This document shows positions 1 through 10,300 of a stretch of 64,000 nt of DNA, in pieces. Positions within the stretch are counted from its first letter, which is position 1; every line of letters starts with the position of its first letter. A model generated the notes under the pieces. It had not been told where the DNA came from and searched no databases. It was given only the letters and a program-made list of their open reading frames with translations. Position numbers and translations under genes: made by a program. The stretch comes from Octopus sinensis. Its lineage: Eukaryota. Location of the stretch: NCBI RefSeq assembly GCF_006345805.1, contig NC_043000.1, positions 97,898,001 through 97,962,000 of the forward strand. Direction: 5' to 3'.

Positions 1-1289
1 AGTCATATACAGTTTAAATTTCTCTTGATATACTTTCATTAAAAATGGGGAAAATATTTGCAACTGAATAAATTGAAATCAGCTGGAATGATTTTAAGGC
101 CAGCAGACCGAACCTTCGAAGTCACAGTCGCTACTATTCTAGTAAATAAATATCACCCACACTAGAATCTCAGTGCAGTAACTATTTGGTGTGTTTTTTT
201 CTCTTAATCTAATTGTTCATATATTTACCGCACGTATAATTGATTCTATACGAGTGTGGAGAATATAATGTCAGATTATTTTGCAAAGAAATAACAGAAA
301 AAAGAGAGGAGTAGTTTAGTGATTGGGCAGGGTGAGAGGCTACAAAAAGAATTGAGTGATCCTTCACTTTAATTTTAAATTGCTTTTATAGACTCGATAT
401 AAACTAACACACACATCTATCAATCTATATAAAAGATACCCATAATTTACATATTTAAGAGCTGGAAGGAGGAAACAAAATCTTTAACCTCACACGAGGA
501 CAAGAAAATGAAAGCAGATCACGTAACTTCTTTAATAAACAAAAACTTCAAGTTCAAACATTGGAAAACACAAATACCAAACATTGGCAGTCTTCATAAG
601 TAAGTTATTTGTGCCTGTTTGCTTAGTGTAAGGTTGGTACATACGGACTTAGTTCATAGCCATACGAAGGCAGTTAATGTAGCAGGGCAAAAATTCTAAC
701 TTCTAAATCAGTCACCGATCTATTAGAAATGCAAAGCGCCACGACGTTAAAGGAACAAATGAAAAACGATTATTAAAAAGAACTAAGTTTCAAATATTTT
801 TAACATTCCACTTCTAAAGAGCAATTGCACATTTGAAGTCTATATACTGTGCATAGTACGTGTATGTTGTAAGCAGAGTTTTCGCTTCTTTCCCTTAACT
901 ATATATACACACTTTTTTTTACAAACCAGACAGCTTGGATTAATAAATGACTTAATCAAAAATTAAAATAAATAACATAAATAAAAGTTGAGATATCAGA
1001 TTTCAAGCCCCTCACACGGTCAAGTTATACATTTAAGACAAGCTCAATTACATATCAACCCAGTCTAAATTAGACTCGCTAGAAAGTTTGAGCCACATAC
1101 TGGCACTTCCCGGAGACAAGACATCTTTGAACTTGTGTAGACAGATTAAATATCTATTAAATGTAATTATCAGGAAATAAACATTTTCCAGACACAAGCC
1201 CCTCTACACTCTCTTCAACCACCACGGTACATAACTGCCATATCTATAACACGTAAACTGAGTTACAATATTCAGAACCAGGAGAAGCT

Positions 1290-1490
1290 AACAGACCTCG
1301 TCACTATGCATGCAAGCACAGTGATATTTCGTCTGTCTATATGTTCTGAGTTCAATTTCCGCCGAGGTCGACTTTGCCTTTCATCCTTTCGGAGTCGATA
1401 AATTAAGTACCAGTTGCGTACTGGGATCGATCTAATTAACTGGCCCCTTCCCCAAAAATTTCGGGCCTTGTGCCTTGAGTAGAAAAAAAA
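1290..1490 (+). mobile_element. tRNA-derived SINE (family A: ...TTCTGAGTTCAAATTCCGCCGAGGTCGACTTTGCC...AGTAGAAA tail), CpG-intact copy; boundaries approximate
   Basis: B-box-like GAGTTCAATTTCC. The body matches other copies in the window (33270, 33420, 52960, 53720; reverse at 20350 and 47610). Confidence 0.8.
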
Positions 1491-2580
1491 ACTATGCATG
1501 CAAGCACAGACGAACACACACATATATACATACAAAAAACTTAATCGTTTTTTATTTTCTGTTTAAGAAAAAGCCGACAAAATTTTTATACCAAATACTT
1601 TTAAGAAATCGCATAGTAGTAGTGTACAAACATAGACATTTTCTTAAAAATAAAAAAATGTAATAATGAATTTCACCAATGGTAAGAGTCAAAATGCATG
1701 AAAAAATTTTTAATCATACGTTTTTCAACATTCTTTGTGCGATTTCTTTCAAAGTAAAAAAATAAAAGCTAAATTATGCGAGCATTAAAAAAAATTTTTT
1801 ACATTATTCCACGAATGAACTTTATTAAAATAACTGTATAGTAAGCAAGCAGACAGTCATACATCCGAACTGAGGAAACGGAAAAGAAATGAATGAACAA
1901 AAATCCATATAGGCTAAACAAAAGGACTAAAATAATAAAAAGAACATATAGCTTAAAGTATGTATGTTGATTAGTGGATGTATGAACGTATGTAGATTGC
2001 AGTATGTATGCCTGTCTCTCTCGAAGTAAAAATCTTATTACTATCACAACCATTAACCTTCACTATCAAAGTGTTACTGCTAGGTAAGATAGACAATACA
2101 AGCAGGAGACAGGTGATAGTAAATGAAAATAAGAGATCAAGTATGATGGCAGGGAAGAAGAGAGAGCAAGCAGAATTATTAAGATAAATTATGTAAAAAT
2201 AATCGAAAAGAAACATGAATAGAAAACTAAATAAAATACGATGACGACGATCGAAATAAATTTGCTTTAAAACAAGGTATAGGCAGAGCAGGAGCAAGTT
2301 TAGAGAAATATACAATTTGATGTATTTAAAAAGAGCCAGGTAACAGTAACTAAGCGTGATATTTTATTAAATGCAGCTTAAATAATTACTATACTGTATC
2401 ATCATTATTAAACCCTTATACTTTATAATGAATTATATGTGCTCAAAATATTAACAATGCCGGATTTACATTGGTTTAAAGTATATGAAGCTGTTTGTTT
2501 CGCTTATGCACGGTTCTCGTATTTTTTCATGGATATGCTTTTGAATGATTGTAGCTGGTGTGTGTATACACACACACATG

Positions 2581-2585
<5 letters not shown>

Positions 2586-2639
<54 letters not shown>

Positions 2640-2646
2640 TATATAT
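2586..2646. repeat. (TA)n microsatellite
   Basis: Read directly from the sequence. Confidence 0.95.
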
Positions 2647-3529
2647 ACACGGGATCCTCTGTTGGCTACAACGCTGATTAAGTAAACTTAACCTCTCATA
2701 AAATTAATGAGTGTGTAGCTGAGTATTAGAATGCGAGTATCTTGAATGCAATTTTCAGGTCGAATCAGTGATACAGTGAGATGGTTGGATCACTGAATAA
2801 CAGGTACAATCCATTGTCCAGCACCGAACTGGAGACCTCATGATTGCAAAGCGAACTTATTAAGCACTCACCCATTCTTGAGTCTTCGCACGACAATTCT
2901 ATATATATATATATATCGAACGGAAGAAAATATGTGTGCATATATATAAACATAGATACATATATACAAGGATGTGAGGATGGTTGGTTGGTCGGTTAAC
3001 CCGAAGTTACAGACACATGCCCAAGATGCCACGGAATGAAATTGAACTAGAGTCATGATTGCAACGCTAATTTCTTAAACATTCGGTCTCCCACTGCGTG
3101 ACATCTTGAGCAAGTATCTTTTGCTATAGCACCGAGTTGGCCAAAATCCAATAGGCGAAATTTTACAAACAGAAATTGTAAAAACCCATCGGATGTATTG
3201 CATCCAACAGCTATAACAGACTGCCTGCAAATTACGTTATGGGTAGGCATTTCAATAAGAGCCGGTATAACTATTGCTGAAACCGACGGAGATCCATGTA
3301 TGAGTGTGTGTGTATATAAATATATATATTGATCGATAACAAAGACACGCACAAGTATGTACTTTAATATACTCAAGTACCGTACTTTTGAAGAGGAAAT
3401 CTAAACAACTTCTAAGAATAGACGCATACACACAAACACTCATATATTATAAATACATGCATGTCTATATGCATGTATGTTGAAAAAAATACAATTTTAT
3501 ATTTGGTTCCGTTTGTAGTTTTCAATGAA

Positions 3530-3545
3530 GTGACGTCACATGTGA
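3530..3545. promoter_or_regulatory. CRE palindrome GTGACGTCAC overlapping E-box palindrome TCACATGTGA (candidate intronic enhancer)
   Basis: GTGACGTCAC at 3530-3539 and TCACATGTGA at 3536-3545. A second CACATGTG lies at 3593-3600. The region retains CpG. Confidence 0.4.
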
Positions 3546-4780
3546 ATAGCATTCTGGGTATTAGACAGTGTTCAAATATGGCAGTGTACAACCACATGTG
3601 TCGAGTGATAAAAAAAAGAAATCGGCGTTAAGGCATGTAATTAGTTCTGATTCGGTGATTTTTAAAATAAATTACATGCAAATCATTAACAGTACAAACA
3701 TTACAACCATTCAAAATTTCCTACTATTACCACCACTTTTTAGATGTAACAGTTCGTATATATAACTGGATGGGGAAAAGAAACTAAAAAGAAAGAAAGT
3801 ACCGAAATTGAAAAGAACAATGAATTAAAAAATTAAAACAAAATAAAAAAGGCTTTGAAGGGGTCATGGGAGGTGGGGACGAATGTGATTAGTATATGAT
3901 GAAGCATATGTCAGAAATTTTCTAACATTTTTCGCTTCTGCTTTTTGCTTAAAATATAAGTTGTCAATCGAACTAACTTGTAAGTTAAGGCTGTTGTAAA
4001 TATTTTCTTTAACCTCATGAAAATCGAAGTCCCCCACCACCATCACACACAAGAAAAAAAAAAAGAAATATATATAGAGGGGGGATGTAATTAAGCGAAT
4101 ATTAAAAGGAAAAGAAAATGAAATAAATATGAATGCATTTCCATAAACGACCAGACATGGATTTTTCTCCCTTCAGTATGAAAATGCCTACATTATAATC
4201 ACTGCCAGCTATTTTATTCATTTGTCTGTTACCCCACATAGCATCCTGTTAATGAAAATTAGCAGACACACATACATAAATATATATATTTATATACATA
4301 CACACACGCGAACGTCTACATAGATATTTATATAAATACAACTCGTGTGTAACAATTTACTGCAAATTCAAATGAATCGCCAAGGAACAGACATACACAC
4401 ACACACACACCGGTTACAATGAAGCAAGCGTGTGTGTGTATAGGCCTTCGTCTTACTCCCCTTCCACTACAATACCTTTAATATTTGTTCAGTAGCCATG
4501 CTCGTGTCAGCTTGTTGCTGTTGTTGACTACTTTGTAGATTTTCTTTTAAACCAACATACATTCATACAATCACACGCAAATAAAAGATCGCGAAAAAGT
4601 GATTCTGTATTTAATACATAAATCATTTGAATCGCTCAACTTGTTTGATATATTTTCAAATAATCGCGGTAATGATGCGAACAACAAAATAATTCTTCAA
4701 TCAACAGCTGAAATCAAAACAAAAACTAACAAACAAGCAAATCTATAAATATTATTATTAATGTGTTTTGTTTGCTTTAC

Positions 4781-5286
4781 CTCTCTGTTGTTGAGACTGT
4801 TGTCGACAGTTGCTGCTGCTGATGCTCTGCTTTTTCATGTCGAGAAGACCTCCTCCTTTTACGGGGCGACTCAATTATCGGTCGCTGTTGTTTATCTTTC
4901 CTTGAACGTAAATTCGGAATGGATGGTTGATTTAGCAATAGTCCCTTGGTCGCCGAGTTACTGTTGATATTGATATTACTACCATTAATCCGAGAACTCT
5001 TGTCAGATTTGGTCGCTGCTCTCTGCTTCTTCTTTGCATCTTCGGCGATTGTGCGAGTAGTGGTAGCGGTGATGGAAGCATGGCACGATTTATCATCTAA
5101 GATACAATTGAGAACAACACCATTTTTCTTACAAACGTCCACTAATTGAGAGTTAGTAGTTGATGTTGTTGTCGTCGTCGTGCTGTGATTATTATGTTCT
5201 TTGCTGGACGCTTCTTCACTATCTTCCATAGCACCACTACCCTGCTCGTCAGTGCAGCAGCCGACCGTCGCCATCTTGTACACCAT
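4781..5286 (-). CDS. First coding exon of an unidentified gene; low-complexity Thr/Ser/Asn/Gln-rich N-terminus with a basic NLS-like SPRKRRRSSR
   Basis: Longest ORF in the track (169 aa), locally GC/CpG-rich, with poly-Thr and poly-Gln runs. It ends at a donor GAG|GTAAAG (GT at 4780-4779, phase 2). The likely start is the ATG at 5274 within CAAGATGGCG; an in-frame ATG also exists at 5286. Confidence 0.8.
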
Positions 5287-5360
5287 GACGATGTGACGTC
5301 ACATAACGTGAGTCGTGGATTCCCGCAGTTTCTCACCGGAAGGGGTTTTCCAACATGGCA
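5269..5360. promoter_or_regulatory. Compact bidirectional promoter
   Basis: Minus-strand YY1-type CAAGATGGCG (5278-5269), 14-bp palindrome ATGTGACGTCACAT (5291-5304), ETS-type CCGGAAG (5336-5342), and plus-strand YY1-like CAACATGGC (5351-5359). Confidence 0.7.
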
Positions 5361-5666
5361 TCCGTTATACTCAAAGTCAACATTTAGTGGACTGTTGCTT
5401 CTTAATCTTCCCCTTTTTCGCTCTATTATTTCCTGTTTCTGTTGTCCGCATGGTAATACATACCTCCAAATTACCGCTGGATTGCTTTTTAATGAAAATT
5501 AAATGATTTTTTTATCTCAAGATATTCAAAATTAAGCTTGTCAAAACTGAAGTAGTACAAAATCAGATCGAAATCCTAAACTGATAAAATAATAATAAAA
5601 AAAAGGACCACCTTTTCATCTTTCGTAAATTATTATTGTTATTAAAAAGACTAGAATCTTCTCAAG
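5350..5666 (+). other. Putative first non-coding exon (5'UTR or lncRNA) of the divergent plus-strand transcript; 5' end approximate
   Basis: Consensus donor AAG|GTAAGC at 5666/5667 downstream of the promoter. Contains only short ATG-started ORFs such as MASVILKVNI* (5355-5387). Confidence 0.55.
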
Positions 5667-6112
5667 GTAAGCGTTACATGTTATAAAAATCTACTTCCTT
5701 TTCTTTTTCCGTGTTTGTTAAACAAATTTTACTGGTCATTTTCGATATCTTTGGAAAACTTCGTAATTAATGTATTCAAAACTATATGGAACCTTGTTAT
5801 GTAACATCGCTGCATTTGTTCCCCGCCCCGCACAAATGAACTAACCGTTGCATTTAACAATATATACTATTCAGATTTATGTCTTTCTTTTCGTTTCATA
5901 TCTCTTTTAGTCTTTAACGTGCGTTCCCTCTTAACATGCTTCTATATATATTTACAAACAAAAACTACACATTTCCATTTATTCATACAATGCATACCTG
6001 TTTGAATTTTATTTATTTTTCTCGTAATACATTTGTTATTTACGTTACCGATTTTCATCCTTCTGTATACTGTACTAATTTTCCATTGAGCTCAGTTAAT
6101 GTAATTTCTCAA

Positions 6113-6232
6113 AGTTATGGCCATATCACACTGAAAACATCAGTTCTCGTCCGATCACCGAAGTTAGGCAACGTCAACTGTAGATTGTATTTAGATGGGT
6201 GACCACTTGGGAAACTTGCGTAAGCATCTTTT
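6113..6232 (+). pseudogene. Dispersed, diverged 5S rRNA copy (pseudogene or 5S-derived SINE head)
   Basis: TATGGCCATATCACACTGAAAACATCAGTTCTCGTCCGATCACCGAAGTTAGGCAACGT...GATGGGTGACCACTTGGGAA...GTAAGCA follows the animal 5S pattern, with box A- and box C-like segments. The 3' part is shortened and followed by TTTT at 6229-6232. Confidence 0.85.
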
Positions 6233-6235
6233 CGG

Positions 6236-6390
6236 CTCAGATGTGGGTTTGTGCTTGAGAAGTTCACTTCATAACTACATGATTTTAGGTTCAATCCCCT
6301 AGCATGACACTTTCAGCTTCTATCTTATATCACCGCCTCGGTTCGACCAAAGATTTGTAAACCTATGTGAAATTTGATAGACGAAAACTA
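6236..6390 (+). mobile_element. Degenerate tRNA-derived SINE (family B) directly after the 5S copy
   Basis: GGTTCAATCCCCTAGCATGACAC...CCTCGGTTCGACCAAAG...ATTTGATAGACGAAAACT matches family-B copies near 12105, 21110 and 41015. Confidence 0.7.
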
Positions 6391-7299
6391 TCGGCGGAAT
6401 CGGCCCTGTTTTGTGATGATTGATTTAATTCATCAGCTGGTCTAGTATCATCACATGTCCCATATGTACCTTTAGTAGAGTTTACTCTTACAAACATTCA
6501 GACCAAGTCTCCACTCCGATGATGACTCGTGTCCAAGAATTTCGGAGACCCTGAAATGGGTCAGAGACGCTGCCCTTCTAACCAAGCCATTTTTGTATCA
6601 GTATATCCTGAAATCTTTGACGTTTTATTTCTTTCACATGGATCTATGTTTGTGAGATGGAGAACGCTGCTCTGCGAAGGTCTATGACAAAACTTTTCGT
6701 GGTCCGCTGAAAAATCATGCACCACAGATCAGAGTAGAAATTAAACGTTAAGGTTTGTCAGAATGTATATATTCGTGAATTTGCTTAGTTTAATAGTTTT
6801 CCATTGTGTTTCATATGTTTGATTGAATTTATTCTGTTTAACTATTAGTTGTATTTCATTGATTTTAAACACAAGCGGTTCAGAAAATATTCAGTACATC
6901 AGTGACCCGCAAGAAACTATTTGAGAACCCCGGACAGATTTTTGTCATAACTTTAATTTTTAATGAGTTGTAAAGCATTCTCAGTGAAAATATTTCGTTT
7001 AAACGATGTGTGTCAGAGAAATGAGCGTGTCTTTCTTTTTTTTAATTTTTACGTTAATTCATGTTAAACTAGTTCTCTAGACCATGTTTATTAATGAACT
7101 TTTCTATATCGGACTCGAGTCTTTTGCCGATTGGAGCACCAGACCATGTGCGCTTTAAAACTATTGTACTTCATTTCTAATTGCTCTCAATATACGACAA
7201 ACGAATTTTTAAAAATATACTAATGTTCTCAGTTACTATCACATTATTCTAAATTTGTACTTATTTCTAAAAGTGAATGTAGACGTTTGATGATTTCAG

Positions 7300-7340
7300 G
7301 TGTTTTCCTCCACCCATCATATTCACCCTAAGTCTCTAAG
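7300..7340 (+). other. Candidate 41-nt exon of the plus-strand transcript
   Basis: Acceptor TGATTTCAG|G and donor AAG|GTAAAT. Splice signals only. Confidence 0.3.
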
Positions 7341-10300
7341 GTAAATAAAGTTGTTACATAGATCCTTTTCATAGCGCCCATTTATCGTTTTGCACATTTC
7401 CATCATACACACAGTCTTACACGTCTGTATCTTAGAGTAAATGTTTTTAATTTGTCTTGTTTTTTTTCTCACGTAACTATTTTCAAATCATACAGTTGTT
7501 TAATAATTCTTCTTTGTACCAATTCACTTTTTACCTATACGTTTTTCGTTGTGCGGACAAGGACGTATATAATCTTAAAGAGAATCTTACCATACATTTG
7601 TAAAGTCGTATATATACTCTTGTGTTTATGTATTTAAGAGTTCATCACATTTGCCTTTTATTATTCTAATATGGTCTTCAAATTTCAATTTTTGTTTTTT
7701 ATCTTATGTAATTCCCAAACCTTTTTCTATATTCACTTTAAGAATTAAAGTTTCACAGCTCTATTTCTTATTGATCTTTTCTAATGAAGGCGTTTGTTTG
7801 CATTTGTCCCGATGGAAAGGTTACTAGTTAGGAGGTATAACTCTAATCTTCCATTTTCCTGTCATTTTGAAGTCTAGCATAGTGTGTGATGTGGAAAACA
7901 TTGATATTATCCTCAAAAAGGTATAAGTTTGTAGTTACCTTTCCTTTGATATAAATTGATATCAATTTCAGAAAAGTAGTTTGAATAGTGAGTCTTGAGG
8001 TATTCCCAAGTCACAATATCACATGCTGTGTTGATTTACTCTATTAAACTCATTTGTTTTCTGCTGCTGAGAAAGTTATTAAATCTACTTTAATATCTGA
8101 ATATCAGTATCATATACTTTTTAAGTTATTCTAAATTTATAAACAATTCTCAATTTGTAAAAGAAAAATTGTTTTCCATAGAATCTAGTTTCTTTGCCAA
8201 TTCCCCTCTTCAGAATCTCAGTTATGAATTTTCCACTTTACTCTGACATTTCCCTTTTCATATATAGTACTAACCTTACCTTTTTTTTTTCTACAGCTTT
8301 GGTGATTGTGATCACTTTAGGAATTTTTGGTACAGTATTGTTAGGGGCTTTGTACTACCCTCAACTATTTCTTTCAGAATTCTAGGATGTATACCATCCT
8401 TGATGATTTGTCTAAATATATTCCATGCTGACATAGAATGGATAAGGTGCTAGGATGAGAAATCACAACTCTGTTTTTCTTGGATGAGTTGGGGATCAAA
8501 TCTAATGTAAAATCATCTACATATAAAAGCGGTTGTTGTCTGGCCCTGATTGATCAGACCTATGTCCATTCAGTCTTGCACATCAGAAACTTTATTATCC
8601 AATATGTTCTTCATTTTTCGAGACAGAGGAATATTTGGTTGCTATTTTTAGCATGTCAGAGGACAAAATGCACTGATATACTTAGGTTCTGGGTTTAGAT
8701 TAAGCTGACCTCAACTTTGTTTTATATTCTTCTAGGATAGATAATATCAATCAACTATTAGGGGTTCACAATCAATTGTATGCTTCTTGCCAGAATTGTA
8801 GTATTGTAAGTTAGAAATCAATATTCACAGATCCATTATTGTTGTGAGTTGTTTAGCTTTTGCTCAGCTCAGGTCAAGCTGGCCTGTGATGAAAAACATT
8901 TCAGCCATGGCCTCTCTGATCTTTTTTTTTAGCTGTTTTTTATGACTACATTATTTAGCTAGAGAGGGCAATACCCATGGCCTTTTACAGAGCCCCTGAA
9001 ACTAATGGGAGGAAAGAAGAAGATATCTTCAAACCAAAAACTTAACCCAAATGCTTGCAACAGAGTGGACTCCACTGAAAGTAACAGTATGGTGGTGTTA
9101 AATTGGGCAGTTGGTTAAGTTTACTACCCAAGTAGGCTATGGTAGGATTTTGAACTTGGTGCATCTGTTCCAGTGTTCTTACAGTTCTGCTAGACCCCTG
9201 CCTTGGAGTGATATTTTCTTCTTTTCAACACTGAAAAGATGAAAGACAAAACTGACTTCAGTGAGATTTGAAGCCATTGCACAGAGCGTTGGAACAAATA
9301 CAGCTTAACATCCCATACACCATTCAGATGATTCTGCCAATTCACTGCCTATAAGTTGATGAGGTGTAATTCAAGGAAGATTTGACTGCTCTTTCTAGTA
9401 TGTCATATGACTATGAGTAGGCTCTTTTGTTTTCAACCATGTGATAGGTCTGAGCTTAGCTGTGTATTAGTTCAGTTACATTTGTAACACTTAACCAGTC
9501 AGCATCTCATGCCTATGAAAAAGTCATCCTGGTGATGACTCTATCTACAAGAAATAGCACATAAATTTCTATCAAAGCACACTGTATAGCCTTAGAGAAA
9601 GAATGTGTTGAATAACGTGGTCTTGGATTTCTCTGGACATGGGAAAAACAAAGGATGGTCAGAGCTAGAATACCTTTGATCTGGGGCTGGCCTTGAGATC
9701 AATAACAGCTAGATAGCTGTTGTTGATCCCTTACAAGAGATATCAACCTAATCCCCATCAAACTATGCCCTATTGTCTTCAAATAGGAAGGCTGCATTAG
9801 ATTATGTAGTTCCAGATATGTTTGGAAAAAAACTGGGATGATCATAGCCAGAAGCCTTTGATGTTTTCTCAGTCAAGCTGACTTGAGATGGGTGGGGGAT
9901 AGAGCTATATAACAAATAACATCAAAGTGAACTGCATGGATTTGGATTTGTCTGTTTCTGGAATAATGTTTGTTTGCTGCAGAATGGCACTTCAGTAAAA
10001 AGCTATTTAATGTCACTAATTTTATTGTACAGATTTTACAGCATCTAGCAGGTCCTAATCAAATAGAGATCTGTTCCTATCCTAAATGTCTGTTTGGCTG
10101 AATGAATTGCCATGTAGTTAGGCAGTGCACTTTACCATCATGTAGTTCAAGATTTAATCGCAATCCATGGCCCCTTGGGAAAGTGTCTTCTACCATATCC
10201 TCAAGTCTATCCAAACTTGTGACGTTGAATAGACAGAAACTGTATGGAAGTCTCTGAGATGGACTGCATGTGTTATTTGATGCTTGATTTAATTCCTGCC

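Noticed and set aside
4761-5506. Plus-strand ORFs overlapping the minus-strand exon (4761-4967, 4946-5149, 5185-5502, 5315-5506)
   Set aside because: They are antisense shadows of the GC-rich coding exon and promoter, with no supporting features.
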